Source of the DNA: a virus
Direction: 5' to 3' (one strand)
Length of the DNA: 64,000 nt
IMG/VR virus record: IMGVR_UViG_3300031974_002457
Coordinates: 3,436 to 67,435 of that record
Both the position numbers and the translations under genes were made by a program. Below, one piece after another: positions 28,270 through 39,863 of the stretch. The first letter of the stretch is position 1; each line of letters starts with the position of its first letter. Below the pieces are notes generated by a model. It ran no database searches. It saw nothing but the letters and a program-made list of their open reading frames with translations, and was not told where the DNA came from.

Positions 28270-30051
28270 TTAGCATGTTATACCATTTTGTTCATTTTCA
28301 GCATCAACTCTGCTATTGTAATACGTGTCATCTAGCGAATATGCTGTGGCACTAAATGTAGTTGTTGATCCTTTTACTTGACCTACCATTTCAGTACTAC
28401 TACAACCACCAGCTATAGAAACTAATCTTATCCATTTGTTTTCTATATTAGCAAAATTTAAACAAGTTACAGCTGTGCTACCACCACTACACCCAGTCGT
28501 TAAATGAACATAATGTTGTCCACTTAGGAAACCTCCTGAATTATATATATCAACTTTATAAGCTAATATAGTTCCACCACCACCACCACTACCACTAGGT
28601 AGATCACAAAAGTCATCAACATCAAAATTTATTACAGTATCAGCTGTACCCATTTGATTTGTATACCAATTAGTACCTGTTATTGTTAGTAAATGGTGAT
28701 TGTTTCCACCTCTTGTGGCAGTTATTGTACCAGCGTTTGTACTTGCTCTAGTTATGTCATTAGGCGTTATAGTGAAATCGTTACTATCTAAAATTATTGA
28801 AGTAGCCGAACCATTTGGTGATTTAAACTGAAATGATTCGTTGTCCTCGATACTTACAGTAAAATTAAATTCAGAATTCGTTTCTGATCCATCTAATTCA
28901 ATACCCGCTTGATTATACGTTGCATTGACCCCATTACTTTGATTTATAGTAGTTCCAACATAATTAGTATAAGCTACAGTTTTACTTGTAAATGTACCTC
29001 TTGATACGGATGTAGCATCAACGGTAATGCTTTTAAAACCTTTTCTATCTATTGTAAAAGGGTTTGGTTGTGAGCTGTTTAAACTCAACGTTGTTGGTGA
29101 CACAGCTGCTATTGTAAACGTATATGTTACATCAGCTGTAACAACAGGTAAATCAATTAACGTGCTTTGTTGACCATTACTAGCTATTGTTAACGTGCCA
29201 GAGTTTGTGCTAGCACTAGTAAAATCTTTTGTGCTAAAATCATAAGTGTGACTATCACCAGTTCTTGTTATGTTTATAGTATATGTAGCTCCAACAGCAC
29301 CATAAACTATAAGACCTCTTTTAGTTAAAGCATATGGAGCGTCTTCAGTGTTTATAGAATATGCTGTTATATTGTTTGGTGGAGCGGGAACAGTTTTAAC
29401 ATCGTTTGCTGTTATAAAAATCGTATCGCTTGTATCAGTCTCTAAAGGTATTATACCGTCTACATCAAAAACAACGCTATTTAAATTATTATCATTATCA
29501 TATCCTAGTGTTTTTGTTACAGAATAATTATTAACATCGCCTACAGATATTTTAAGTGAAGGTTCTGTTGCAAAATAATAACCAGCACTAGTGGTTACGG
29601 TTTGAGAAAATAAATCTACAGTTGTACCAGTTGATCCCGTACCAGAATAAGCAACATTGGATACAGCACCACTTAAAGGCGTCATGTTAGCACTTGCTGC
29701 AGTAACGCTATATCTACCAGATAAAGTTTTAGGCACGTCTTTTTCTAATATAGCTTTACCATCAATGTCTATTGTTATTGTTTGATTTGTAGTACCTGGG
29801 TTAAATGAATCATCAAGATCTACAGTAACTAAAATAGTATTATCTTCAGCATAAGCAACACCACTATCAGACAATGTAATACTAGTAACACCTGTTAAAG
29901 TGCCACTGTTATTGGTAAATAACGAAGCTGCAACTCTATAACCAGTGTTTGGTGTTATAGTTAATACTTGATTAGCAACTCCACTACCTAATGCTTGTGA
30001 TGGTGTTACCAAAACAGATGATGAATTTATAGTACAATTAGTTAATGCCAT
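28270..30051 (-). CDS. beta-rich tail appendage/structural protein
   Basis: Thr/Ser/Gly-rich Ig-like segments; Cys-containing C-terminal domain. Confidence 0.55.
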   Translation of the reverse strand: MALTNCTINSSSVLVTPSQALGSGVANQVLTITPNTGYRVAASLFTNNSGTLTGVTSITLSDSGVAYAEDNTILVTVDLDDSFNPGTTNQTITIDIDGKAILEKDVPKTLSGRYSVTAASANMTPLSGAVSNVAYSGTGSTGTTVDLFSQTVTTSAGYYFATEPSLKISVGDVNNYSVTKTLGYDNDNNLNSVVFDVDGIIPLETDTSDTIFITANDVKTVPAPPNNITAYSINTEDAPYALTKRGLIVYGAVGATYTINITRTGDSHTYDFSTKDFTSASTNSGTLTIASNGQQSTLIDLPVVTADVTYTFTIAAVSPTTLSLNSSQPNPFTIDRKGFKSITVDATSVSRGTFTSKTVAYTNYVGTTINQSNGVNATYNQAGIELDGSETNSEFNFTVSIEDNESFQFKSPNGSATSIILDSNDFTITPNDITRASTNAGTITATRGGNNHHLLTITGTNWYTNQMGTADTVINFDVDDFCDLPSGSGGGGGTILAYKVDIYNSGGFLSGQHYVHLTTGCSGGSTAVTCLNFANIENKWIRLVSIAGGCSSTEMVGQVKGSTTTFSATAYSLDDTYYNSRVDAENEQNGITC

Positions 30052-33000
30052 TAGTCGTTGTTTTCGTTTACTGTTATTGTTACACCGTAAGAATAATCAT
30101 TACTAGCTGCTACAGATGCGTTACCTAATCCTTGAACACTAAATTCGCTAGTATCTATATTAGTTGATGTTGGTGCAGTTCCTTTTATAAAATTAAACCA
30201 CTTACCTTCTTTTTCTTCAAAATTTAATACCTGTCCACTTTGCTTATCAGATTCTATAGAATTTGACCACCAACCTGCTTTTTCAAATTTATTTGGAAAA
30301 TAGTTGTCTGTATCAGCGCTACCGCTATTATCTTGAAATATTCTAGCTTGTGATCCTTCGTAATTTAATGTCTTAAATTGTTTAACAGAACCAGGAGCAT
30401 CGTTGAATATAAACTTAATACTTGAATTATATTGAGTGCCATAAAAACTGTTTCTTGTTTGATTATCGTGAGACCAAAGTTGACCATCTTTAAATGTGTA
30501 ATATATATTATTTAAACTAACACCTTCTTCTTGTAAAAAGCTTTTTCTACTCGTCCAAGCGTTTGTATCTTCTTTAAAACTAACAGTATCAAAGTTTAAA
30601 GTAACATTATATTCTTTTTTATAAGTATCATAGCTACCTATCACAGTCGTAGAAGCCGCTAGATGGTCCTTAAAGTAATCTTCTAGTCCATAACGTGATA
30701 TAGGCTCAAGTCCATCAGCAGAGAGCCTTAGAATCACTCCTCTGGCTTTGTCTGAAAAATACGCTCTATAGCCATATTGCGTATAAGACTCAGGGTTTTT
30801 ACTAATACCAAACTCACCTGTGTAAGGATTTGGTGTTCCTAATACGTTTGATGATACTGAAACTTGTTTACTACCATCAGCTGTAAATAATATATCTTTA
30901 TTTGTAGGTATTTTAAAACATTTATCTTCACATAAAACATCTAAACCTCCGTGTCTATGTCTCATTAATTGTATTGAGCCATAAACAGGATTTATTGATT
31001 TAGTTATTTGATCTGCTTGTATAAATTGATTAGTATTATTAGTACCACTAGTAGAGTTGTATAAACCAGAAAATATAACCTGGTTTGATTTTCTTTCTTC
31101 TGCATAAGGTATATCTAATACTGTACTAGCTTTTATACCTTTTGTTATTTGAGCAGCGTTAAAATCATCTCTAATTCTATTTGACTCAACACCATTACCA
31201 AAACTAAAACAGTTAGAATAATCTAACGTTTGTTCATTACCATGTACACTATCATCGTATGCTTGGCTTGCTTCATAAAAAAGATTTAAATCAGCAACTT
31301 CTTTTGGTTCTGTTTCAAATATAGCTGGATTATTACTAGTAAAACCATCACCGTCAATATATGTATTTACAAATTCCATTCGAGTAGCTGTAGCTTTAGT
31401 TGTATGGCCATTATCTCCTGGTGCCCAATCTATAGCTTTATCTAATTTTAAAGTCCAGCATATCATTCTTTCACTACCATATCTACCTTTTCTATTATTA
31501 CCACCTCTTCTATAAGGTATCCAATGTGTTCTTCTATATGATTTTATAGTATATATAGTTTGATCTGGATCATCTTCAAATCTAAACTTTGAATTTCTTT
31601 GTTGAAAAAATCCTACAATTTTTCTATATTGTGGTTTAAAATCTCTTTCAAATCTATACCAAAAAGGCTCTCCATTTCTCCAAGCGTCTCTATCATCTCC
31701 ACCCCACCAATGATAAGCTATTTCTATTATATCACTACCTGAAACAACGCCATTACCAGCTGTACTTATAGCCGTATCTGGGTTTGAAAATTGACCTCTA
31801 ATATGACCACCACCAGAAGCTGACGTGTCAAAACTACCACCAGCATCTGATATTCTGTATAAGCCAGATTGTTTATTTATAAACCACTCCGCTTGTCTGC
31901 TATTTTCATTACTACCCGGATAAGTACCTTTTTCTGCACCTTGCCAAAAACTTTGAGAAGAACCATAGTTAGCTAGATCATATGTTTGTATTGAGGCGGC
32001 TATTTTATAATCATCTATATTTTCTTGCCTTAATATATTTTCTTCAAGAACACCATCTCTTTCTATTTTAGCAAAAAACCTACCTTCAAACTCAGGTTTT
32101 AATTTTATTTGCTTTTGCGCTATTTCCATTGAAACACTATCATCACTTTGTAAATAAGCAGAAGCATCGCTGTTTCTAGCAAATCTCACGTCATCTTCCT
32201 CAAATTTTTCTTCTATTTCAACTCTATAATAAGCTGTAGCTGAATTACCTGTGTCAAAATACTGTATATTAGCTATGTCATACCACTGCGATATACCACC
32301 ATTACCTATAATTCTTAGTACTAAATCTGATAGTTGATGTACTGGTATTTGATATACGTTGCTATCATTATCATTAGGACTACCACCACCAAAAACTTTT
32401 TCCCATGTAGATTTTAAAACAGAAACGTGACCAAAGTCTGCTTCTGGAAAATGACCATCGCCTTTAAATATATTTGTCCCAGAAGTGTCTGTGTTTGCTG
32501 ATGATAAAACACCTTTCGAAACTTTGTCTTCTTTTAAAAATGTAGGCGCTTCGTTTGAAACTGCAATTACTTTATATCTAGCTTCGTCAGCAACAAAATC
32601 ATTAGCATCGTGTCTCTTTTTTAATATTAAGAAACTTTCATCTGTTATTTTATTTCTTTCAGACGATGCAAAAGCTATCCACACATTACCATCTTCAGCT
32701 TCATAATGTCTATCCATAGCCAAATTATAATACTCATCAGATGATTCTTTTATATAGTATTTATATGATTCAGCCCAATGTGGTATTGCGCTTGTTATTC
32801 TTACTTTTATAACATTGTAATTTATAGCAGCAGATTTATCTAACGTAAATGAACCAGACGGATCTGTAAATACAGGTGTTTCTCTACCGTACTTATCTCT
32901 ATAAACTACACCAACTTGATATGTTCTTATAGATTTTATAGATGGTTTTGGTTCAGCTGGAACAACGTTTAAATTATCGTTTTGAACTATTGACACTTCA

Positions 33001-34376
33001 AACTTAACACTTATATCAGCACCAGAAGCGTCTTCAATATTAAAGTTTTCTAAATAATTACCATACATTATTCTATTAGCAGACAACGCTTGTGCTTTAG
33101 CTTTTCTAGGTACGTTATCAAAAGGTCTTAATGATTGTATAGATGGTAAAACTTTAAATATAACATCAGACGTTATTTCAATCTCACCGTTAGTACCAGC
33201 TATATATTCAGGATCTGTAGTTTTTATACTTTGTACAACGTATATATTATTATTAGAGCTTTCTTTATATAGTATATCTATTTCTTTAACACCATCAGGT
33301 GCGTTACTTGTAAATCCACCAATTTTTAAAGATCTTAAATTATTAACCATACCTTTATTATAACCGTTTTTTGGATCATAATTAAAATTGTCTGGTAAAA
33401 AAGCAACTGGGCTATAAGGTCCTATCGATGAATATTCGTTATCATTAAACTTATATCTATATGAAAATTGAGGAAACTTAAACTCAAACATTGGTTTTTC
33501 TTCAATTAACTCTACTTTCCAGTTTTGTAAATTTTCTGCAATATCCTCTGGCACAACATCAAGGTTAACATTATATGTAGTTGAGCTTATTACTTGAGTC
33601 ACACTTAATATAACTTCAATATCTGCTGAGTCGCCAATTTCTTCTAATAATGTTAATTTTAATTTATCACCCACTAAATAGTTTACAGCATTAGAAAATG
33701 TTACATTGCCATAATCTCCAGTGTCTAATAAATCAAAAGGTGAAGTTGTTTCTGTAAAAGACTTTTGTATTAATGAAGTTTCAACAACGCCAGTTCTCTT
33801 AGTTGCTGACATTGTAATGGTTGGAGGACTTAGTGGTGATTTTTTAATTACTGTTATTTGATCTTCAGTAAAATCAGCACTATTTATTTGTGTGTGAGTA
33901 TAACTTGTGTTAGAACTGTTATAGCCTTTCCAAGTTTTTATATTTATCTTTTTAGGCTCAGTTTGATCGTCTGTCCAAAACAACAAATCATCTATTATAT
34001 TTATACCAGTTATTAAATAAAACGTAGAAAAGTTTAATATATTATTTACGTCTACTAATACAGGTGAAACAACATTATTTGTTTGATCATATTCTAATAT
34101 TATTGATTTAGTATCACTTGCTATAAACCAATATATCATTTCTGTTTTAGAGTTTACGTAAGCACCTATACAAACAGGGTTGTTACCAAGGTTAGCCAAC
34201 GCATTACCATAAGGTCTTCTATTACCTAATATATTTTGTACAGCTCCAACGTCACTAGCTTCAGAACTAGATACTTGTATGTTCAAAGCATCTCTATACT
34301 GACCGTTAGGAAGTATTCTTTCGTCGAGGTCCTTATTCATAGCACCACCGCCGAACTGTCTCTTTACTTCTCGCAT
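30051..34376 (-). CDS. tail stabilisation/nozzle protein (P22 gp10/crAss muzzle-like)
   Basis: MNKDLDER..PNGQYRDALNI, LFWTD...EPKKIN, GNGVESNRIRDDFNA, FGISKNPES. Confidence 0.75.
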   Translation of the reverse strand: MREVKRQFGGGAMNKDLDERILPNGQYRDALNIQVSSSEASDVGAVQNILGNRRPYGNALANLGNNPVCIGAYVNSKTEMIYWFIASDTKSIILEYDQTNNVVSPVLVDVNNILNFSTFYLITGINIIDDLLFWTDDQTEPKKINIKTWKGYNSSNTSYTHTQINSADFTEDQITVIKKSPLSPPTITMSATKRTGVVETSLIQKSFTETTSPFDLLDTGDYGNVTFSNAVNYLVGDKLKLTLLEEIGDSADIEVILSVTQVISSTTYNVNLDVVPEDIAENLQNWKVELIEEKPMFEFKFPQFSYRYKFNDNEYSSIGPYSPVAFLPDNFNYDPKNGYNKGMVNNLRSLKIGGFTSNAPDGVKEIDILYKESSNNNIYVVQSIKTTDPEYIAGTNGEIEITSDVIFKVLPSIQSLRPFDNVPRKAKAQALSANRIMYGNYLENFNIEDASGADISVKFEVSIVQNDNLNVVPAEPKPSIKSIRTYQVGVVYRDKYGRETPVFTDPSGSFTLDKSAAINYNVIKVRITSAIPHWAESYKYYIKESSDEYYNLAMDRHYEAEDGNVWIAFASSERNKITDESFLILKKRHDANDFVADEARYKVIAVSNEAPTFLKEDKVSKGVLSSANTDTSGTNIFKGDGHFPEADFGHVSVLKSTWEKVFGGGSPNDNDSNVYQIPVHQLSDLVLRIIGNGGISQWYDIANIQYFDTGNSATAYYRVEIEEKFEEDDVRFARNSDASAYLQSDDSVSMEIAQKQIKLKPEFEGRFFAKIERDGVLEENILRQENIDDYKIAASIQTYDLANYGSSQSFWQGAEKGTYPGSNENSRQAEWFINKQSGLYRISDAGGSFDTSASGGGHIRGQFSNPDTAISTAGNGVVSGSDIIEIAYHWWGGDDRDAWRNGEPFWYRFERDFKPQYRKIVGFFQQRNSKFRFEDDPDQTIYTIKSYRRTHWIPYRRGGNNRKGRYGSERMICWTLKLDKAIDWAPGDNGHTTKATATRMEFVNTYIDGDGFTSNNPAIFETEPKEVADLNLFYEASQAYDDSVHGNEQTLDYSNCFSFGNGVESNRIRDDFNAAQITKGIKASTVLDIPYAEERKSNQVIFSGLYNSTSGTNNTNQFIQADQITKSINPVYGSIQLMRHRHGGLDVLCEDKCFKIPTNKDILFTADGSKQVSVSSNVLGTPNPYTGEFGISKNPESYTQYGYRAYFSDKARGVILRLSADGLEPISRYGLEDYFKDHLAASTTVIGSYDTYKKEYNVTLNFDTVSFKEDTNAWTSRKSFLQEEGVSLNNIYYTFKDGQLWSHDNQTRNSFYGTQYNSSIKFIFNDAPGSVKQFKTLNYEGSQARIFQDNSGSADTDNYFPNKFEKAGWWSNSIESDKQSGQVLNFEEKEGKWFNFIKGTAPTSTNIDTSEFSVQGLGNASVAASNDYSYGVTITVNENND

Positions 34377-34377
34377 A

Positions 34378-35466
34378 TTAGTGTTTTATATGTTTTGATT
34401 TGTTTTTCATTATCAAGTTAAGCTCTTCTATTTTTAAATTAGATAATCTTAGCTTAGCTTGTCTAACAGCTGCAAATCTTTCTTTTTTAAATCTTGCTAT
34501 TATATATTCTGGTGTGTTAACTCTAGACGCTAATATAGCGTGAGCAACCCATTTATAAACAGCTTCCTCAGCTAGTTTATGTACTCTTATTTCATCTTCA
34601 GTTCCTAAACTATCACTTATGTATTTTAAAGTTATGTTTTTATTTGCTAGTCCTGAGCTAAAAAATATATAACCAGTTCTATTATCTATCATAAATAAAC
34701 CATTAAACTGTGCGTGCTCAGGATTTAAACCAAATCTTCTACCTTCAGCCAATGTAGCATCAACGTCAGGACCACTGACTTCTTCAACTGTATTTGTTGG
34801 ACCATTAGCGCTTTGAAAAGTATCTAGTGTATATGAATTTAAACTATCAAGTAATGAACCATCTTCATTATATAAATAGTCATAACCTTCATTTTGTAAT
34901 ATCGCTTTTGGATTACTAGATTTTCTAGCTGGATATATAACTCTTTCAACACCACCATTATCTGTCCATGATAATTTAACATAGTTGACGTAGTCATGAG
35001 GTAATCTCATACGCAATGTTGGTGGTATATCTATTTCTTGTGTTTTTTCTGATCTAAAAGTATCGTAGCTTAATTCAGCTATTGCTCTCTGCACATGAAA
35101 AGATATTTCAGGTAGTTTTACTTTTTTAATTATCTTATCTTCGCCAACGTAGTTAACTTGAAAGTTAGCTATTAAATCGTCAATGCCAACGTACTGATAA
35201 CCTCCTAGTTCTTCTACATTTGTAATCTGTCTAGCTGTAACTTCTGTGCCACTAGCTAAAGCTGTACCTAGTGTTATAACACCAGTCCCAGCATTATAAG
35301 TATATGTGTTAGTGTTTATTTGACTACCAGCAACATATAATTCAAACTCACCTTCATTAGCTGGTAAAGGACTAAACGCTAAAGCAGGTAATGTAGTTGT
35401 ACCATCACTAACAAGTATCTGTTCGTTTTCGTAATATTGTCTTTCTGTTATGTTAAATAATGGCAT
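34378..35466 (-). CDS. tail ring/connector structural protein
   Basis: LPHDYVNYVKL motif; position downstream of the MCP. Confidence 0.6.
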   Translation of the reverse strand: MPLFNITERQYYENEQILVSDGTTTLPALAFSPLPANEGEFELYVAGSQINTNTYTYNAGTGVITLGTALASGTEVTARQITNVEELGGYQYVGIDDLIANFQVNYVGEDKIIKKVKLPEISFHVQRAIAELSYDTFRSEKTQEIDIPPTLRMRLPHDYVNYVKLSWTDNGGVERVIYPARKSSNPKAILQNEGYDYLYNEDGSLLDSLNSYTLDTFQSANGPTNTVEEVSGPDVDATLAEGRRFGLNPEHAQFNGLFMIDNRTGYIFFSSGLANKNITLKYISDSLGTEDEIRVHKLAEEAVYKWVAHAILASRVNTPEYIIARFKKERFAAVRQAKLRLSNLKIEELNLIMKNKSKHIKH

Positions 35467-35469
35467 GGC

Positions 35470-36207
35470 TTATTGTTTTTCTTGTTGAATTTGTTTAACT
35501 TCTTCTTGAGCTGCTTGTTGATACAACAGTGGATCTTTTATAACAATACCAGCTAAAGCTAATATTTTAAATACTAAATCGGTTTCTTCTGACTCGTGTA
35601 ATTCAAAATGTGTTGTATATGAAGCATTAGCATTATACAACGCTTTATCATTAACAATAGTGTAACCCCATCTTACAGTTGAAGGTCTTGCTATGTAGTT
35701 GCAGGAAACATCTGCTTCGATTGTTATAGGATAGATTTGTATTCTTTGCTCTCTGTTTTGTTGATTATCACCAGCGGTTGAATATCTAACGTATATTGGT
35801 CTTGTGAGCGTTGGAGCAGTTAAAGGTGAGCTTAGATATATGTGATGTTCGTTTTGTTCAACGTTTTCTATTTCGTAGTATCTACCATTTTTCTTATAAT
35901 ATAAAGCACCCATGCGATAATAATCAGGTAGTATACCTACACCACCTCCATTACTCATGTCTACAGCTGCTCTAAATTTTTCAAAATGATCTATTTTTTC
36001 TTGTAAAATGTCTACAGTATCTGTATATATAGTTTCATTTATGCTTTGTATTCTATGAAATTGATTTAAATCATAGAAGTATTGCTCAAATATATCCATC
36101 TGAGCTTGGTTGGCAAGTATATTAAACTCTTGTGGAGTTATATACCCTCGTTGCTCTTTATTAGCAATGGTTAATACTCTTTGATATACTGTATTTATAT
36201 TGACCAT
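35470..36207 (-). CDS. tail ring/adaptor protein
   Basis: NKEQRGYITPQEFN..ANQAQ, LPDYY, YIARP..V.W. Confidence 0.65.
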   Translation of the reverse strand: MVNINTVYQRVLTIANKEQRGYITPQEFNILANQAQMDIFEQYFYDLNQFHRIQSINETIYTDTVDILQEKIDHFEKFRAAVDMSNGGGVGILPDYYRMGALYYKKNGRYYEIENVEQNEHHIYLSSPLTAPTLTRPIYVRYSTAGDNQQNREQRIQIYPITIEADVSCNYIARPSTVRWGYTIVNDKALYNANASYTTHFELHESEETDLVFKILALAGIVIKDPLLYQQAAQEEVKQIQQEKQ

Positions 36208-36265
36208 ATTTTTCTTTTTATAGTAGTAGTCACCCCATAGAGTGACTACCCTATAAAGTGATTAA

Positions 36266-36997
36266 TTATTTTAATCTTTTTTCTAAATTTTTATAAACTT
36301 CCATACCTTCGTCAGTTTTAAACCATACAGCTAAAGCTGAATAAGGATGTTCGTCCATAGGAACTTCAAATAGTTTTCTACCATTTGATGCCCACTTAAA
36401 TGTTCTTTGGTCTTGTGTTAACTCAATTATTTTTGCTTCAACACACTTAATACCAAAGTTTCTTAAAGGAACATTATCATCTTGAACTAAATCTAAAAAC
36501 AACTTAGGTTGTCTTTGTGCCATTATGATAAGATCTCTTCTTATTTCTTTTGTAGTCATTTTATTGACTTCACTACCAATCTCAACTCTTAGTATAGCTT
36601 CAGCCATATCTATTTCCATTTCTTTAGCATACTTCATAGATTCAACTTGAAACTCAAGATAATCTAATTCATTTTCAGCAATAGCTTGTTTATTGTGTTC
36701 TCTAAAAAGCTTACCATTTAATGGGTGTATTGCTAAAAACTTTTGTAAGTTTTGATCTTTAGCTTCAACAAAAAGTTTACCATTTCTAAAAACAATGTGA
36801 CCTAAAGTTGCTGGTCCACTTTGCTCATCAACAAATGGTGATTTTTGATTTGTAGCGTATCTTAACTCTCTTTGATAACCTTTTTCTGCATCAAAATAAA
36901 GTAAAGGTGTTTTTCTACTATGTCTTGCAGGTATCCTGTTTATTAAAGGTTGTTTATTACCTATCAATTCATATAATTTATTTGTGTATTTTTCCAT
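36266..36997 (-). CDS. conserved hypothetical protein downstream of the MCP
   Basis: 243-aa ORF; RELRYATNQKSPF. Confidence 0.6.
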   Translation of the reverse strand: MEKYTNKLYELIGNKQPLINRIPARHSRKTPLLYFDAEKGYQRELRYATNQKSPFVDEQSGPATLGHIVFRNGKLFVEAKDQNLQKFLAIHPLNGKLFREHNKQAIAENELDYLEFQVESMKYAKEMEIDMAEAILRVEIGSEVNKMTTKEIRRDLIIMAQRQPKLFLDLVQDDNVPLRNFGIKCVEAKIIELTQDQRTFKWASNGRKLFEVPMDEHPYSALAVWFKTDEGMEVYKNLEKRLK

Positions 36998-37020
36998 GAT
37001 ATAATATAATTAAAAAGTTT

Positions 37021-37063
37021 AAAAATAAGGTATTGGGCGCCGAAGCGCCCTTACCTTAAAAAA
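37021..37063 (-). terminator. Rho-independent terminator after the major capsid gene
   Basis: Minus strand AAGGTAAGGGCGC-TTCG-GCGCCCAATACCTT followed by ATTTTT. Confidence 0.8.
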
Positions 37064-37073
37064 TATTAAGTAA

Positions 37074-38546
37074 TTAGTTCTTAAATAATACGAAGTTGTT
37101 TGCTGCTTGAACGCATAAACATCTTTCAGATAAGAAGTTAACTACCATCTCATCAGCGTCAGAAGTATAGTTTCCACCAACAGATCCAGTGATCCATGAT
37201 TTCATTTTTCTATCATCAGCTTCAGAAGCTCTATATCTAACGTGTAAGAACGGTCTAGAGATATTTTTACCCATAGACTGATCATATACAGTAGATGTAC
37301 CAGCTGGTACTAACAATCCTTGAATATCAACTAAATTACCTCTAGTTGTAGAATCGTTTAAGTATTTCCAGTCAGATTTGTAGAAGTCATAAGAACCTCT
37401 TCTGAAACCAGAGAAACCTAAGTTTAACGCCATATCTTCTGCGTTGTTGAATACTCCATAAGAAGCACCACCAGCTAAAGCAGAGTTTACAGACGCTAGC
37501 ATATTATCGATTTCTAAAGAAGTTGCTCTATCTAAGAACATCATGTTCTCTTCAATAGCACCTTGCTTATCTAGTTCTTGAAGAATAGTATCAAACTCAG
37601 CTAAACCAGCGTTTATTACATAAGCAGTAGAAACACCAGCAGAGTTGTATCCAGTTTGTACATCAAAGTCAGTTCCAGTAAATACTAAACCTCTGTTTTC
37701 GATTGCATCAAATAAACCTTGAGAACCTTGAACAGCTGTAATAGCAGAACCTGAATTAACTTCTTCAGCTTCTAACATAGACATTTCTAAATAGTCTTCA
37801 AATCTTAATCTTGCTTCGTGCTCAGATTTAAGATACCATAGGTAACCAGAAGCTCCGTTTTCAGTAGTAACTTCAACCCAACCGATCTGTGCAGTATCAG
37901 AACCATTAACTTGGTATCTGTCTCTTAAGATGATTGGTCTGTTGCTAAACTGAGTGAAAGAAGCATCGATAGAACCAGTGATTCCAGATGATCCTTTTGG
38001 ATACTCATTACCATATACAAATACTTTAATATCGTCACCGTCTTGGAAAGTAACATCACCTAAAGCAGCTTGTGCATAAGGTTGAGCAGTTACAGTCTGT
38101 CCGTTAACATTAGATACAAAACACTTTAATGTGTTGTTTAATCTAGCTGTTTCGTTGTTGACAACGATAATAGTATCGTTAATTTGTACTAAGTGATTAG
38201 CAGGTAACGTAATTGTGTTTGCACTACCGTCTAATATTTGTACTGTGTCAGCTCCTGATTCTAATGAATCATAAGCGATGTGTAATCTTCCTTGTTCAGA
38301 CCAAATAACTTGATCAGAAGCAAGAGGCATTTCAGCTCCTACCATTTTAAGGAAACCAGATACAGTTCTTTTTCCATATCTTTCTACTTCCTTTTCATAA
38401 ATTTCTGGTAGAAATTGTTGCGCAAAAGTACCACCGCCAGAATTAGAGTCGAAGCTTAAATAGTTGTCACCCCACAACGTCTGAGTTGGACGAGGAGTCA
38501 ACGTGTTTAAATTTGCCAATGTGCTTGGCGAACTCGAAAAAGGCAT
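37074..38546 (-). CDS. major capsid protein
   Basis: 490 aa after the scaffold and before a strong terminator; WSEQGRLH, LGFSGFRRGSYDF; biased codon usage. Confidence 0.85.
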   Translation of the reverse strand: MPFSSSPSTLANLNTLTPRPTQTLWGDNYLSFDSNSGGGTFAQQFLPEIYEKEVERYGKRTVSGFLKMVGAEMPLASDQVIWSEQGRLHIAYDSLESGADTVQILDGSANTITLPANHLVQINDTIIVVNNETARLNNTLKCFVSNVNGQTVTAQPYAQAALGDVTFQDGDDIKVFVYGNEYPKGSSGITGSIDASFTQFSNRPIILRDRYQVNGSDTAQIGWVEVTTENGASGYLWYLKSEHEARLRFEDYLEMSMLEAEEVNSGSAITAVQGSQGLFDAIENRGLVFTGTDFDVQTGYNSAGVSTAYVINAGLAEFDTILQELDKQGAIEENMMFLDRATSLEIDNMLASVNSALAGGASYGVFNNAEDMALNLGFSGFRRGSYDFYKSDWKYLNDSTTRGNLVDIQGLLVPAGTSTVYDQSMGKNISRPFLHVRYRASEADDRKMKSWITGSVGGNYTSDADEMVVNFLSERCLCVQAANNFVLFKN

Positions 38547-38565
38547 AACTTTTAATTTTTAATGT

Positions 38566-39837
38566 TTAACTTATTTTATTTGGATTTCTCCTAATCTTTA
38601 CTTTAAAGTCGTTAGATGAATCACCAGATATAGCTCTTACTTTCATACCGCCAGTTTGAATAACATTACTGTTAGTTTGTCTAGCAGACATATCAACATT
38701 TTTAGCACTTGCCATACTTTCTTTTATAGCATCTGCTTTACCTTGTTGATAAAAATGATTTGCAACTAAATCAGGGTTCATTGCTGTAAAAATTGATTTA
38801 TGATAACCTTTAGCATCTTCAACCGCTTGAGTATCTTTATTAGTAAATCTACTCACGAAATTGTTAATGTTCATTTGGTTACTTTTAACCTTGTTAGGAT
38901 CTTTGATGTTAAGTCTGAAACGTTTTTCACCAATTTTATATTCAAAACCTTTGAATTCATCGTTAAAAACTTCATTTGACTTTTTCTCAAAAATCGACTT
39001 GTTTTTTTCAACAGCCTTAGCGTCTTCATTGTATCGATTAAAGAAGTCAACAGCTTTTTGTTGTTCAGGACTCAATCTTGAACCAGCTTTGACTTCAGCA
39101 TAGTATTTGGACTTTTGCCCGTCCAAGTGGCTTTTGGCATTCGCAACTTGCTCTTTTAATGCCAGTTTTTTTCTTTTAATGTCTTTAGGGTCATCTTCTT
39201 CTTCATTATAAGAATAAAGATCTTCCATAACAAACAACCTTTCTTCATCTGTTAAATGTGGTTTTGTTTGTTTAAAATACTCGTTTAATAACTCGTTATC
39301 TTCCATGTCATCATAATTCTGATTTAATCTAACATAGTCACTTAGAGTACCACCCGTTTCATTAATGAACTCTACTACCTTTTGTATGTTTTCAGGTAAA
39401 GGTTCACCAGTTTCTTGAGCTTCAGCAACAGCTTCTTCAACTTCTTCTTGCAGCTCTTCAACTTTTTCTTCAACCTCTATTTCAGTAATTTCTTCAACAA
39501 CTGGTGGTTCTTCAACACCATCCTCAACAGTTTCTTCAACTTTTTCTTCAACAACAGGTGTATCTTCTACCTCCGTTTGTTCTTCAGGGGTAACTTCTTT
39601 TACTTCTTCTTTTGGTTGTTCTTCTTTTTGTTTAGATAAATCAACTTTAGCTACATCAGTATCTTCTTTTTTCTGATTAACTTTAGCCCATTTATCTAAA
39701 TCTACTTTTATAGTACCATCTTCTTTAATCTCATTAGGATTAGACGGTTCTTCAACCTTTTGTTCTTCAACAATTGGTTGTTCTTCTTTTTGTTCAACGA
39801 TCTCTTCGACCGCCTCAGCTTTCTTTTTTCTAGCCAT
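38566..39837 (-). CDS. capsid scaffolding protein
   Basis: Very acidic Glu/Val/Pro N-terminal half; between portal and MCP; HFYQQGKADA. Confidence 0.7.
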   Translation of the reverse strand: MARKKKAEAVEEIVEQKEEQPIVEEQKVEEPSNPNEIKEDGTIKVDLDKWAKVNQKKEDTDVAKVDLSKQKEEQPKEEVKEVTPEEQTEVEDTPVVEEKVEETVEDGVEEPPVVEEITEIEVEEKVEELQEEVEEAVAEAQETGEPLPENIQKVVEFINETGGTLSDYVRLNQNYDDMEDNELLNEYFKQTKPHLTDEERLFVMEDLYSYNEEEDDPKDIKRKKLALKEQVANAKSHLDGQKSKYYAEVKAGSRLSPEQQKAVDFFNRYNEDAKAVEKNKSIFEKKSNEVFNDEFKGFEYKIGEKRFRLNIKDPNKVKSNQMNINNFVSRFTNKDTQAVEDAKGYHKSIFTAMNPDLVANHFYQQGKADAIKESMASAKNVDMSARQTNSNVIQTGGMKVRAISGDSSNDFKVKIRRNPNKIS

Positions 39838-39863
39838 AATATAATATTATAAAATTAAACAAA

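Noticed and set aside
36215-36258. Hairpin GTAGTCAC/GTGACTAC as a terminator
   Set aside because: The inverted repeat is real but has no U tract on the coding (minus) strand; function not assignable
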